NCBI GenBank assembly: GCA_965219385.1
Contig: CBDCNM010000001.1
Location: forward strand, 794,631-858,630
DNA: 64,000 bases
Reading direction: 5' to 3'
DNA from: Candidatus Latescibacterota bacterium
Lineage (GTDB): Bacteria; Latescibacterota; UBA2968; UBA8231
The position numbers and the translations under genes are program-made. Below are positions 18,551-30,464 of the stretch, one piece after another. Positions within the stretch are counted from its first letter, which is position 1. Every line of letters starts with the position of its first letter. The notes beneath the pieces were generated by a model, which worked only from the letters and a program-made list of their open reading frames with translations, did no database searches and was not told the origin of the DNA.

Positions 18551-19534
18551 ATGATAGGGTTTGCCGTGGTAGGTCTGGGGATGGGCCGGGGACGGGCAAG
18601 ACAGGTCAAAAGCACCCTGGGAGCGGATTTGCGCATGGTGGTGGATCTCAATGAAAAACTGGCCGCAGAGGTGGGACAGGAGCTGGAGTGCGCCTGGAAC
18701 ACGCAGCTGGACGAAGCCCTGGCAAGGGAGGATGTGGACGTGGTCCTGGTGATGACCCCCAGCGGTCTCCACAGTCGGATCGGGGTGCAGGCCGCTCGGG
18801 CCGGCAAACACGTGATCACCACCAAGCCCATGGACGTGACCACCGCGGCCTGCGACGCGTTGATCGAGGCCGCCGAGGAGGCCGGGGTCAAACTGGGGGT
18901 GGACTACCAGAGCCGCTATGTGGACAACAATGTGCGGGTAGCCGAGGCCCTCAGACAGGGCTGGTTGGGCAAGCCCATCCTGGGCGAGGCGCGCTTCAAG
19001 TGGTTCCGGACTCAGGAGTACTTCCAGCACGGCAATGGCTGGCGCGGTACCTGGGCCATGGATGGAGGAGGATCGCTGGCCAACCAGGGCTCCCACCTGC
19101 TGGATTTGTTGCTCTGGTTTATGGGGGAACCAGTGCGGGTCTACGCCGAGACTGCGATCATGGACCACGATATCGAGACCGAGGATATCGGCCTGGCCAT
19201 CCTCAACTTCGAGAGCGGGGCCAAGGGCACCATCCTGGGGACCACCACCTTTCCGAAAAGTGTGTACTTCAGTGCCGAGGTCCACGGCACCGAGGGCGGC
19301 GTCCTGACAGAGGATGCCCTGGAGGGCACCATCCGGGTATTCGGCGAGGGCCTGGAGGAGAAACTCGAAACCATAAAGAATCCCGTGCACAACGTGGTGG
19401 AGGACATGGTCCAGGCCTTGGAGACCGGATCGCAACTGCGGGTGGACGGCCACGAGGGACGGCGGACCGTGGCCCTGCTGGAGAGCATCTACACCTCGGC
19501 CCGCGAGGGCAAAACCGTGGAGTGCTGGATATGA
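18551..19534 (+). CDS. Gfo/Idh/MocA oxidoreductase
   Basis: GLGMG, TPSGLH, TKPM, GGGSLANQGSHLLD. Confidence 0.9.
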   Translation: MIGFAVVGLGMGRGRARQVKSTLGADLRMVVDLNEKLAAEVGQELECAWNTQLDEALAREDVDVVLVMTPSGLHSRIGVQAARAGKHVITTKPMDVTTAACDALIEAAEEAGVKLGVDYQSRYVDNNVRVAEALRQGWLGKPILGEARFKWFRTQEYFQHGNGWRGTWAMDGGGSLANQGSHLLDLLLWFMGEPVRVYAETAIMDHDIETEDIGLAILNFESGAKGTILGTTTFPKSVYFSAEVHGTEGGVLTEDALEGTIRVFGEGLEEKLETIKNPVHNVVEDMVQALETGSQLRVDGHEGRRTVALLESIYTSAREGKTVECWI

Positions 19535-20571
19535 AGCGCCCTCTGCACATCGGGATGATAGGCTGCGGCGCTCAGGGGCAAATCCACCTGAGGATCCTCC
19601 GCGAACTGGGACCGGAAATGGCCGTGGTGCGCGTGGTCTGCGATCTTAGAGAGGAGTGCCTGATTCAAGCTCGGGCGCTTTGGCCCGAAGCCCGGTACGA
19701 GCAGGACTACAGAGATGCGCTCGCGAGCGGGGATCTCGACCTGGTGATCGTGGTCACCATGCCCAACACCCACGCGACCCTGTGCCTGGCCGCCTTCGAG
19801 GCCGGCGCGCACGTTTTGTGCGAGAAGCCCTTTGCCATGAATCTGGAGGAGGCCGAGGCCATCCTGGAGGGGGCTGTGCGGGCGGGGAAGCAGATTCAGC
19901 TGGGGACCAATATGCGCTACATGCCGAGGCCCCAATACCTGCGCGGCCTGGTCGAGTCCGGAGAAGTGGGCGAACCGGTTTTCTGCAAGGTTCAGGGCAG
20001 CCACGAGAGGCCTCCCACCTTGGGACCTCACTATCGTCTGGCTATGTCTGGAGGAGGGGTTCTGGCCTCTACCGTGATTCACGCCCTGGACTTGGCCATG
20101 TGGGTCGGGCTTGCCCCCAATCCTGTTTCGGTGAGTGCGGCCTCGAGACGGCTTTTCCCGGGCAAGCGCGGAAGGATGGTCTCCGAGGAGATCCGGAAAA
20201 ACTACGATGCGGAAGACTTGATTGTTGGATTGGTGCGCTTTGGCGATGGGGCCACCTATGTGCTCGAGGGCAACTGGTGCGACGACGTGCCAGACCTGCA
20301 CGGGTTCGAAATGGTCACAACCCGTGCGACCCTGAAGAGTGTCCCCTTTTCCGTGGCCGTGGACATGGAGGGAAAGGTGGTGGATAAGACGCCGGCTATC
20401 GAGGAAGACAACTGGTCCGCTAGTATCCGTGCCCAGGATGAGGACGTGATTCAGCGTCTTGGAGAAGGTCGTCTCCTCGAGATGCAGGATCACAGGCAGT
20501 TGCGCAATTTGCAAAAGTTGATTGATGGATGCTACGAATCCGCTCACACGGGACGCGAGGTTGTTTTTTAA
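19531..20571 (+). CDS. Gfo/Idh/MocA oxidoreductase
   Basis: IGCGAQG, HVLCEKP, SGGGVL...IHALD; ATGA overlap with the upstream gene. Confidence 0.9.
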   Translation: MKRPLHIGMIGCGAQGQIHLRILRELGPEMAVVRVVCDLREECLIQARALWPEARYEQDYRDALASGDLDLVIVVTMPNTHATLCLAAFEAGAHVLCEKPFAMNLEEAEAILEGAVRAGKQIQLGTNMRYMPRPQYLRGLVESGEVGEPVFCKVQGSHERPPTLGPHYRLAMSGGGVLASTVIHALDLAMWVGLAPNPVSVSAASRRLFPGKRGRMVSEEIRKNYDAEDLIVGLVRFGDGATYVLEGNWCDDVPDLHGFEMVTTRATLKSVPFSVAVDMEGKVVDKTPAIEEDNWSASIRAQDEDVIQRLGEGRLLEMQDHRQLRNLQKLIDGCYESAHTGREVVF

Positions 20572-20615
20572 CAAGGCTTCCAAAGAAAACCAACCAATTT
20601 ATCAGGAGGTATCAT

Positions 20616-21026
20616 ATGGCAGCGCGAAAGAAACTGAGTCCCGACTGGCCCTGGGCCCAGAGCCACCGGATTGCGCAGGGCGTACAAATAGGGGATACCG
20701 TGTATACCTCGGGACAGATCGCCATGGACCCCGAGGGCAATGTGGTGGGCAAAGGGGATCTGGGAGCTCAGGCCCGCCAGGTCTTCGATAATATCCGCGC
20801 CATCCTGGCTGCGGCCGGGGCGACCATGGACGATGTGGTGAAGATCACGGCCTTCATCACCGATATGAGCCAGTACGCCGACTACTCTGCCGCCCGCGCC
20901 GAGGCCTTCCCCCACAACCTTCCGGCCAGTTCCACGGTCACTTGCCCGGAACTGGTGAATCCGGACCTGCTGGTGGAGGTCGAAGCGGTGGCTGTAATCG
21001 GGTCGGGAGCCCAGTCCGGGAGTTGA
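20616..21026 (+). CDS. RidA/YjgF/UK114 family protein
   Basis: YTSGQI, DVVKIT, PASSTV, LVEVEAVA; AGGAGG RBS. Confidence 0.9.
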   Translation: MAARKKLSPDWPWAQSHRIAQGVQIGDTVYTSGQIAMDPEGNVVGKGDLGAQARQVFDNIRAILAAAGATMDDVVKITAFITDMSQYADYSAARAEAFPHNLPASSTVTCPELVNPDLLVEVEAVAVIGSGAQSGS

Positions 21027-21105
21027 CGATTTTGAGGACGGGGTTTAATTTCTAATCTTCTAGGTTCGGGATGGCGCGCCGGCCCGCACAAAGAAAAAAG
21101 GACAG

Positions 21106-21181
21106 GAGCCCGTAGCTCAGTTGGTAGAGCACCGGACTTTTAATCCGTTGGTCGTGGGTTCGATTCCCACCGGGCTCACCA
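21106..21181 (+). tRNA. tRNA-Lys (TTT)
   Basis: GAGCCCG-TAGCTCAGTTGGTAGAGC...CT-TTT-AA...GGTTCGATTCC...CGGGCTC-A-CCA; 76 nt. Confidence 0.97.
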
Positions 21182-21193
21182 TTAAGATCCGTC

Positions 21194-21970
21194 CTACCGG
21201 CGCCAGGCTTCGTACTCTTTGCGCCCCTCCTCGTTCAGTGGATAGTACTTGTACAACGACCCGCCCTCCTTAAGCTTCATGCGGCTGAAGGTCTCCCAGT
21301 CTTCGTGCTCGCGGGTTATTTTCGCGACGCTGGGAGCCATTTGTTGCGGTACCACCACGGCGCCGTCATCGTCCGCAATGATGATGTCGCCGGGCATGAT
21401 CAGCACGCCGGATACAGCCACCGGCACGTTGTAGGCCCAGGGGAACAGGTGGGTCTGTGAGGCATAGTTCGGGGTGAAGCCCTTGGTCCACAGTGGGATG
21501 TCGATCTGCTGGATATGCGGCCAATCGCGCACACAACCGTCTACGACGATCCCCACGCCGCCCTGGGTTTTAAAGTAGGTGGTCAGCATCTCGCCAAGGC
21601 AGCCGGTATGCATGTCGCCGTAGGCCTGGATACACAGGACATCTCCCGTCTGGACGCTGCGGAATACCTCCCACAAGGCCGACTTTTTTTCGACGTTTTC
21701 CTGTCTGGCGCCCGAGGCGATATCTTCGCGCTGCGGCATGAATTGCAAGGTGATGGCCGAACCCACGACCTTGGCGCCGGGTTTGCGTGGCAGCGGCCCC
21801 TGAATGAAGGTCTGACGAATTCCCATTTTGTGCAGCGTGGCAGCGGCCGTGGCACTGCTGACCACCTGCATGTCTTCCAACAAGGCTGCGTCAGGGCGTT
21901 CGTAGGGGGGGCCCTGGATCGGTAGCTCAAAGTTTTTAGGGGGGATCAACTCGACTGCTTGCTCTTCCAT
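21194..21970 (-). CDS. RraA/HMG-aldolase family protein
   Basis: GCLGEM, VVDGCVRD, PGDIIIADDDGAVVVP; AAGGAG RBS. Confidence 0.88.
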   Translation of the reverse strand: MEEQAVELIPPKNFELPIQGPPYERPDAALLEDMQVVSSATAAATLHKMGIRQTFIQGPLPRKPGAKVVGSAITLQFMPQREDIASGARQENVEKKSALWEVFRSVQTGDVLCIQAYGDMHTGCLGEMLTTYFKTQGGVGIVVDGCVRDWPHIQQIDIPLWTKGFTPNYASQTHLFPWAYNVPVAVSGVLIMPGDIIIADDDGAVVVPQQMAPSVAKITREHEDWETFSRMKLKEGGSLYKYYPLNEEGRKEYEAWRR

Positions 21971-22005
21971 GATGTTTTCTCCTTAGGTATGGTGTCCTTC
22001 ATTCA

Positions 22006-23390
22006 TTAGCGCCGTTTAAGTAGGGGGAGGCAGGCGGTCTTTTCCTCTGCCAGCCGGAGCCCGCCCTCGAGGATGGCCATGGCCTCGTCAATCTGCTCGG
22101 TGGTCACATTGATGGGGGGCATGAAGCGCAGGACGTTCAACCCGGACATGGCCATGAAGCGCCGCTGCAGGGGATCCTCGAGATTCGACACAGGTATGAA
22201 CTGCAGGCAAAGGCCGTTTTCGTAGCAGTATTGCGATACCACCTGGATGGCCTCAAAGTTTGGTTCGCGGCTGTGCTTGTCGGCGACCAGTTCCAGGCCC
22301 AGACAAAGCCCCAGTCCCCGGGCCTGGCCCACGATTTCGAATTCCTCCTGCAGGCGCAAAAGTTGTTGCATGAAGTACGCGCCCACCAGGCGTGCGTTTT
22401 CAACCAGATTTTGCTCGTCGATGATCTCGAGGTTGGCCAGGCCGGCAGCACACAGAAGAGGGTCGCCCGCATGAGAGGAAAAAGAGGTAAAACCCTTCTC
22501 GACGGCTCCCTCGGCAATCTCTGCGCTGGTAAGGACCGCACACAGGGGCACGGCGCCTCCCAGGCCTTTAGAACAGGTGACGATATCCGGCACGATGCCG
22601 AAATGCTCAAACGCGAACCATTTGCCGGTGCGGCCGAAGCAGGTGAGCGCTTCGTCCGCCACCATCAGGATGTCGCGTTCCCTGCAAATCTGTGCTATGG
22701 TCTGCACCCACTCTACCGAGGGTACGATCTGGCCGGCGGCGCTCATCATCGGCTCAAAGAAAAAGGCGGCTGGTTTGCCCGACGTAGAAGAGTCGATCAC
22801 CGTTTCCGCCGCCTCGACGCAGCCCAGGTTACAGCACCCCTCGTCTTTACAGTACTGGCACCGGTAGGGATACGGGGTGGGAATGAACGAAGCGCCGGTG
22901 GGCATGGGACCGTAGCCCTCGCGCAGCATGCCGCCGCGTCCGGTGATTGAAGCGCTGCCGTAGGTCTGGCCGTGATAACCGCGTTGCAGGGCGACGACCT
23001 CGAAGCGGTCCGTGTATTTCCTGACCAGCCGCAATGCCATCTCGTTCGACTCCGATCCGGTGCAGGCAAAAAACGACTTTTGCAGCGGATCCGGTGCAAG
23101 CTCGGCAATCTTCTTGGCCAGCAGCACCTCGGAGGGAGCGATGAAGGTGGTTCCGGTCTGCATGATTTTGTGCGCCTGGGCGCACAGGGCCTCTACGTAG
23201 CGGGGGTGCGAATGGCCGAGCGGCAGAGTTGTCCAGACTGAAAGTCGATGTAGCGCTTGCCCTCTACATCCCACATATAAATGCCCTCGCCGCGCTCTGG
23301 AATCAGGGGCGCCGTGCGCAAGGGATGGCGCAGGAGGTAGTGGTTGCTGAGTTCGAGCCATCCCAGGTTGGTCGTCGGCAATGAATCCAT
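22006..23390 (-). pseudogene. Class III PLP aminotransferase, frameshifted near 23220
   Basis: N-part (GEGIYMWDVEGKRYIDFQSGQLC) and main part (LGHSHP, TGSESNE, ADEALTCFGRTG, SKGLGG) are in different frames. Confidence 0.85.
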
Positions 23391-24003
23391 AAATGTGATA
23401 TCTCCTGTCTGCCTGTATGGTTTATTCCTGTCCCAGGTGTCGCTGAAATTTTATCGTTTCTTATGTGAGGGCACTGGTTCAGTGATATGGGATTTTTTGT
23501 GCTATCTTATTGAAAAATAAGCAGGTATATGATTATTTTCCAATAAGTTGTGTGATATGTTGATTTTGCTGGACTTACTCCAAGTTTTCCAATCAAACTG
23601 AACCACTGCCTAGGTGCAATAGCAAGGAGAAAACTAAGCGTGCCCAGGATTTCCCGCAATCGCGGGTTAGCGTATACTCCTCTGTCGGTTGCAAGTACAG
23701 ATCCGCAGTCACGACTCCTCGGTTGGCCGTGACTTTCGAGTTCGATACGGCGTGACGACGGATGAGCTTTCATTGTTGGGGATCAGTCTCAACCTGAAGT
23801 ATCAGTTCTGACCAGATGCATTAAAGTCGGCAAGCTCCTGGGCTGCGAATGCCGATGAGCCTGGGAAACGTCCATGTGAAAAACGTCAAGAGTGGCTTCG
23901 ACTGATGCGTGACATATAGGAGCAGTTCTACGTCAGCCGGCGCACGGCGCTTGCGCAACTTCATAGTCCAGCAAGTCGAAATCCCGGCAGCCGTCGGCCC
24001 ATA

Positions 24004-24147
24004 CATGGATTTGTGGAATTGCCCCGCGGGCCGGGGCTGGGCGTGGAGATCGACCCAGAGGGCCTAAAGGCGGCCACCCACCGCGGCGCGTGGCGGCTGC
24101 GGACGATGCGCCGCCACCGAGAGGACGGCTCATTCGCGGATTTTTAG
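24004..24147 (+). pseudogene. C-terminal remnant of a mandelate racemase/galactonate dehydratase-like enzyme
   Basis: Reads HGFVELPRGPGLGVEIDPEGL...WRLRTMRRHREDGSFADF*; no gene body upstream. Confidence 0.7.
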
Positions 24148-24166
24148 CCGCCAAAGGAGAACTTCC

Positions 24167-25225
24167 ATGAACTACAAACAGACGCTGCTCGCGAAGCTCG
24201 CGCCGAAGTTCGGCCCTCATCAGACCGAGAACATCGCCGTCGAGGCCCTTGGCCACATCCTGTCGGAGTCCGAGGCGGCTCGGCACGCTCTCTCGGACGT
24301 GTTGCGAACCGGCGGCGCAGAGGTCGGGAACATCGCCCGAGTGCGGACCCAGGCCAGCGGCGCGAAGAGAACGCAGCCGGACCTCGCCGGCTTCGATCAG
24401 TGTGGCGCGGAGCGCGTACTGATTGAAGCGAAGTTCGGAGCCCGGCTCACCGAAAACCAGCCGGTTGCCTATCTCAAACGACTGCCGGAAAACCAGGGTT
24501 CGGTGCTCCTGTTCGTCGCGCCGGCCGCGAGGATCGAGTCGCTCTGGACCGATCTGTGCAGGCTGGTGACGGAGGCGAAGATCGAATTGGTCCCCGGGCC
24601 TGAGGAGGCAACTCTTAGGTGGGCTGTAGCCGGCGGCGAGCGCCGCTTGATGCTGACCAGTTGGGTGAGCCTGCTCGATCGCATGGCGGTCCAAGCTGCC
24701 GCTGCCGCGGACTCGCACACGGAGTGTGATATCCGGCAGTTGCGAGGGCTCGCCGAGCAGATGGACGACGAGACACTGGTGGAAGGGCTCAAGGGGGAAC
24801 TCGGCCCGGAATTCTCGCGCCGCGTGCCCTCGCAGCGTCTCATCAAAGACGCCGCCTTGCGTTTACACGCCGACGGGCTGGTGGTCACGGCCGGCCAGAA
24901 TTTCGGTTCGTGGCCGGGAGGATTCGGCCAGTATATGAAGCTTGCCGGTACGGATATTTGGGTTTGGTTTGGCGTCAACAAGGACTTCTGGGCCCGGCAC
25001 TGCGATACGCCTCTATGGATCCACTTGCAAAAAAAATGGCTCCACGAGAAGCTCGACGAGATACGCCACAGACTCGAGCCCCTCCGGCAGAAAGATCCGC
25101 CCGAACTCTTCGAAGTCAAAGACGATCTGGCCGTTCCGATCGATTTGCCGGAGGGTGTCGAGTACGACGCGGTGCTCGATGCCGTGGTCGCACGCCTTGC
25201 GGAAGTCGCACGGCTGATTAATTGA
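24167..25225 (+). CDS. PD-(D/E)XK nuclease superfamily protein
   Basis: EN..VEAL helix, QPDL, LIEAK, ENQ..Y pattern; AAGGAG RBS. Confidence 0.7.
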   Translation: MNYKQTLLAKLAPKFGPHQTENIAVEALGHILSESEAARHALSDVLRTGGAEVGNIARVRTQASGAKRTQPDLAGFDQCGAERVLIEAKFGARLTENQPVAYLKRLPENQGSVLLFVAPAARIESLWTDLCRLVTEAKIELVPGPEEATLRWAVAGGERRLMLTSWVSLLDRMAVQAAAAADSHTECDIRQLRGLAEQMDDETLVEGLKGELGPEFSRRVPSQRLIKDAALRLHADGLVVTAGQNFGSWPGGFGQYMKLAGTDIWVWFGVNKDFWARHCDTPLWIHLQKKWLHEKLDEIRHRLEPLRQKDPPELFEVKDDLAVPIDLPEGVEYDAVLDAVVARLAEVARLIN

Positions 25226-25432
25226 TGCATTTTTGTTGGATAGTGTTATCTTGTAACCATTCACAGTTTTCAAAATCCTGGCGATTGGGCCCAAGATGTG
25301 GTAGATTCTCTCAGTGAGACCACAAGGAGCGATGTCTATCAAGCTTGTCAAGCTACAAGATATAAGTGGACTGTCTAGCGAAATGATACAATATGAACTG
25401 GCGAGGCAAACCCCTGTTTTGACCTCCCTGTT

Positions 25433-28207
25433 TTGACCTCCCTCTACCGCATCGTGCGACCCGCCGCCCGGCCGTTTCTCCTTGACCTGGGGTTGGCGGT
25501 TGGCCTCCTCTGCGCTTGGTTGGCGCTGTGTGGATTCGAGTCGCTCATCGCGGCGGGGACCGACCCGCTACGCCTGGTCGTCACGCTGGGGTCCTTTCGT
25601 CCGCAATGGCCCCTCGGCCCTGCGGCCATCGGCGTTGCGGGACTGGTTTTAGCTTGGATCCGCTATCGCTTCTTCGCTGGCGAGCCGCAACTCCAACTCC
25701 AAGAACGCCTGCAACGCGCTACCCTGCTGGCCGCCGCGCTGCTGGCCCTGCGCCTGGCCGCCCTTTATGATCCGCTCGTCTATGTCTTCCCCTTCCTGAC
25801 CCTGCTCTGGTCTCCGCACGCGCTGTGGGCTATGGCGCTGGTCTTTTTGGGCTATGTGCATCTGCCGCCCACCCACGGGCGTAAGGCCCCTCGCACCGCG
25901 TATATCGCCGGCGCCCTGCTGGCCTTGTGCCTGCCGCTGTACTTCCTCTACGCGCTCTACTTCTGCCAGATTACCATAGTCCACGGCGACGAGGGCCAGT
26001 ACCTGCGCGTTACCCAAAGCCTGCTCCACGACGGCGACATGGATCTGGCCAACAACCTCAGTGCCGAACAGACCCGCGAATTCCACGTCACGGAATTTGC
26101 GGTCCACAAGGCGCCCGCCTCCCCCGAGGGCAAAGTTCACTCGGTGCATCCGATTGGCCTCTCTGTCGCCCTTGTGCCCGCCTACTGGTGGGGCTTGGAC
26201 CACTGGGAAAATCCGCGCTTGGCCGCGGCGCTGTTTATGGCGTTGCTGGCCAGCGTGTGCGTCCCCCTGCTCTTCCTCTATCTGGCGCGGCTGGGTGCCG
26301 AGCGCTGGGCGGCCCTGCTGGCCACTAGCATTATGGTCGTTACCGCGCCGTTTTTCTACTACACCAACCAGCTCTACCCCGAAGTCCCGGCCCTGCTCAT
26401 TGCCCTGGTCGCCCTATTGGCCCTCGTTCGCTGGCAGGTGCCCGGCGGCACCGGTCTTGGGGACGCTGGGAAGTGCCGTTGCTCGGACTCCTGACCCTGC
26501 TGCTGTACTGCCTGCCCTTCCTCCACCCGCGCTATGCCCCCTTGGGCCTCCTCTGCGGTGTCGGCGTTATACTGCAGGCTTGGTACAGCCCGCGACGGCC
26601 TCTCGCCCTCTCCGTCATCGGCTTGGTCGTCGCCGCCGGCCTGTACGCCATCATCGCCTTCCACTACGCCTTCAGCGGCGACTGGCTAGGGCCATTCCGC
26701 CCGGGCAATGCCTGGGATCCTCAACGGTTCGCCCATTTACTTCTTCGCTTTGTTGGGCCTGTGGGCGCTCGCCCGCTTGCGCGACCGGCGCGTGGCCGTC
26801 GCTGTGGGCTTCTATGCCGCCACCGCCGCCATCAATGGCCTGCACTTGAAGTGGGACTTCGGCTTTTGCTTTCCCGCCCGCTTCCTGGTGACGGCGCTGC
26901 CCGTGCTGGTCCTGGGGCTGGCCTGGGGACTGCCGCTGCTCCTGCGTGCGGCAACGGCCAGCTTCTTGGCGGCGGTGGCCCTGGCCATCAGTCTGGAGGG
27001 CGTACTCAATACCCTGGTGCTGACCGAGACCGGTTACATCGGCCACAACCTGCTCGGCCGTTCCATCAACCACTTCTATCCGCTCCATCAGCACTTCTTC
27101 GCGCCCAGCCAGCAGGACATGCCGTTGCTCGACATCGCCTTCTGGGCCCTGTTGGCGGCGGCGCTGTGTTTCCGTCCCCGGCATCATTATGGTCTGCGCT
27201 GGGCTGTCATCGCGGCTGCGGCCTTCGCGCCCTTTTTGTGGAGCCGGAGCGACGTGCTGGCCGCCCGGCTGCCGCAGAGTCTGTCGCCGTATATGGCCCG
27301 CCTCTCCCGTGGGATCGTGCCGCTGGAATTCAAGGTCCCGCTACACCTAAGCGAGGAGGCCGCCCAACCCGACGGTAGTCTTCGCGCTCGGCCCGGTGCG
27401 ACTTCGGCAGGAAGGGTCAGCTCCTCGACGATACGAACCCCCCTGCTGAACTTCTCTCACCCCGGTACCTATCAGCTAACCTTCCCCGGCTTGCGCATCG
27501 AACCGCCCGACGACTCCGTTGCAGGCTATCTGACCGTTTCGCATCGCTATACGGCCCCGGCGGTCGCGTTGTGGGGTGCGTACGCCAGCCACCTGCTCAT
27601 CGGCGGCGAGGCAAACGGCGACTACGCGCTCCCCTTCGAGATCGATCAGCCTTGCATATCCTATGTTGACATGCATTATTCGGGAAGGGGCGTGCTGGCG
27701 CTGGATGGAATCCGAGCCATCTTCACCCCTGTCCACAATGAACCGCAGCTAGTCGAGGTTTACCGTCATGCGCTGCAGGATCGTCCCACCCAGGCCACCA
27801 TCCTGCTTTCCAACCTGTCCCCCGGCCATTACCGGGTCCGTTTCAATCTCACCGGTTCGACCTTCGCCCGTTTTTTTGAGCGTAGCCCCGCGCCGGTCCG
27901 GACCGCTGTGTACGCTGTCTCCGGTGCCCCGGAGCGGTTGCACGATGCAATCGCCCTTTGGTTTAGTATCAGCAAGGACCCCTACAACTGGACTGAGGTC
28001 CGCATACCCGATCACCGGCGCCCCTTGCAAGAAGGCGTACATCCGGCCTGGTGGCTGTCGCTCCCCTTCGCCGCCGACCGGGCCCGCCAATTGCGCTTTG
28101 CGCTGACCCGGCCCCAGGACGTCTATCTACTGCTGCACTACGACGGTCCCGCCGACCTGGGTCTAACCGACATCGTCCTCTATCGGGAAACCTTCGACCA
28201 ACACTGA
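25433..28207 (+). pseudogene. Multi-TM GT-C-fold glycosyltransferase-like protein split over three frames
   Basis: GDEGQYL..SLLHDGDMDL, LYPE, LPFLHPRY, FPARFL motifs; breaks near 26450-26480 and 26710; 14-bp tandem duplication at 25412-25439. Confidence 0.65.
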
Positions 28208-28243
28208 AATGAACCCCAACGCCGCCTGCATCAGGACGGCTTA

Positions 28244-29500
28244 GTCATCCATTCCATAAATACGATGACGTATTTGTCAACCGATAGGATATGGGTATAT
28301 TTGACCAAAAGGGAAGGTCAAATATGCCGAGGAAAAGTCCGTATTCGATTGTCCTGGCGGCCGAAGAGCGAGCACGGGTCGAATCATGGGCGCGAAGATA
28401 TACGTCACCGTATTTTCACGTGATCCGCGCCAAGATTGTCTTGCTGGCCGCGGATGGATTGAGTACCAAAAAGATCGCTGAGCGCCTCGATAGCCCGCGG
28501 CCAATCGTCAGCAAATGGCGCCAGCGCTTTCACGAGCAACGCTTGGCTGGCATGGAAGATGTGCCACGATCCGGACGTCCTCCGGGTTTTTCCCCCTCCG
28601 GTCGTCGTTCAGGTTAAAGCGCTGGCCTGTCAACTACCTTGTGAAAGCGGCGTCCCGCTTTCTCGTTTCAGTAGCGCGGAGAGTGCCGCCGAGATCGTCA
28701 ACCGAGGCATCGTAGCCCACAGCAGCGGGACTACTGTATGGCGATGGCTCCACGAGGATGCCTTGCGGCCTTGGTACCACCGTTCCTGGATTTTCCCGCG
28801 CGACCCGGACTTTCAACAAAAGGCCGGGCGGGTATTGGACCTGTATCATCGCACGTGGCAAGGCCGCCCTCTGTTGCCAGACGAATACGTCGTGTGCGCC
28901 GACGAGAAGACCAGCATCCAGGCTCGCGTTCGCTTACAGGCCACGCCGGCCGCCCAGTCGGGCAAAGCCATGCGCGTTGAGCATGAATATGAACGCGGTG
29001 GGGCCCTGGCCTTGCGGCCTGGGACGTCCACCATGCGCGCCTGTTCGGACGCTGTGGGCCCCAAACGGGCATCCAGGCGTTCGATCAACTGGTGGCCGAA
29101 ATCATGGAGCAGGCGCCCTATGGCCATGCCCGGCGCGTCTTCCTCATAATGGACAACGGTTCGGCCCACCGCGGTGAAGCGTCGGTGCGACGGCTGCAGG
29201 GTAAATGGCCCACGATACAGCCGGTTCACTTGCCGGTACATGCCAGTTGGCTCAACCAAATCGAGATTTACCGGTCTATCGTCCAACGCAAAGTCCTTAC
29301 GCCTAATGATTTCGAGTCCATTGTTCATCTGGAGGATCGCTTGCTGGCTTTCCAAGACCGCTACCAAAGTGTCGCCCAGCCCTTTGAATGGAAATTCACC
29401 CGTCGTGATCTCAACAAGCTCCTTCAGTGCTTGTCAACGGATACCGAATCAATGAGAATCGCGGCCTAAAATACGTCACTATATTTATGAAACGCTGTAC
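28244..29500 (+). mobile_element. IS630-family insertion sequence, probably defective
   Basis: Imperfect 32-bp terminal inverted repeats sharing CATAAATA...TGACGTATTT, TTA on both flanks; HTH ORF (28324-28617) joined at TTTTTCCCCC to DDE part (CADEKT, MDNGSAH, SWLNQIE); extra frameshift near 29010. Confidence 0.9.
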
Positions 29501-29521
29501 TTAGTCAATAGGATTAGCTAA

Positions 29522-30426
29522 GAGGCCCTAACAAAACTCTTTGAGGTACTTCCAACAGATGAGAATACATCCAATGTCGAGAAAGGCTTCATGGAGATCA
29601 CCTCGTCGCTCCCAGCGGACTCGAAGCCGACGGAATTGGTGCAACCATGCCAACGTTCGTTCCACCACCCACCGATAGACGCCCAAGCCGCTGCCGTGGG
29701 CTTGCCCTCGCCGAGCCAACACCGAGCCGATGCCCCGCTTACGCAAGGCGCGCCGATGGGCTTGCGAATCATAGGCCCGATCCCCTTGCACCCGATCCGG
29801 CCGACGACGCGGGCGGCCGACCCGACCGGCCACCGGGGGTATGCGATCCACCAACGGCAACAGCTGCGTCACATCATGCCGATGGGCCCCCGTCACCCCC
29901 GCCGCCAACGGCACCCCTTGGGCATCGGTGATTACATGGTGTTTGCTACCGGGTTTGCCGCGGTCCGTCGGATTGGGACCGGTGTGCGCCCCCCCCCAAC
30001 CGCCCGCACCGAGGCACTATCGACCACCGCACGAGACCAATCAATCCGGTCGGCGGCCCTCAGTCGGTTCAACAGGATATGATGGACTCTTTTCCAGACC
30101 CCGGCTTGTTGCCAAGCGTGCAGGCGACGCCAACAGGTCATCCCCGAACCGCACCCCATCTCTTGAGGCAAATACTCCCAAGGGATACCCGTCTTGAGCA
30201 CAAAGAGAATGCCGGTCAGCACCCTACGGTTATCCAGCCGAGGCCGCCCCCCTTGGGGGCCAACGGTTACGGGGGGCAAAACCGGTTCAATCAAGGCCCA
30301 TAACCCATCGTCGAGTAACGGCTTGGCCATCAAAAACACCTCCATATCAAGACGGTAGAAGCAATACCGAAGAGGATAAGAATATAATGAAGCCTATACG
30401 CGATTCCAAGGTTTTGTTAGAGACTC
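29522..30426 (-). mobile_element. IS5-family (IS427-like, two-ORF) insertion sequence
   Basis: TIRs GAGGCCCTAACAAAAC / GAGTCTCTAACAAAAC (14/16), TAA on both flanks; ORF A (LKTGIPWEYLP, VVDSASVRA) and ORF B (GDRAYD, RWVVERT) joined at a G8 run. Confidence 0.92.
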
Positions 30427-30464
30427 TAAGTCAAGGTTGAGGCTGTTGTGAAAGGAGTCCAACG

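Noticed and set aside
18688..19530. 627-aa ORF as one fused protein
   Set aside because: The first 281 codons are an alternative frame of the upstream oxidoreductase; the real gene starts at ATG 19531
21182..30460. Prophage or ICE at tRNA-Lys
   Set aside because: No integrase, phage structural or conjugation genes, and no att repeat seen
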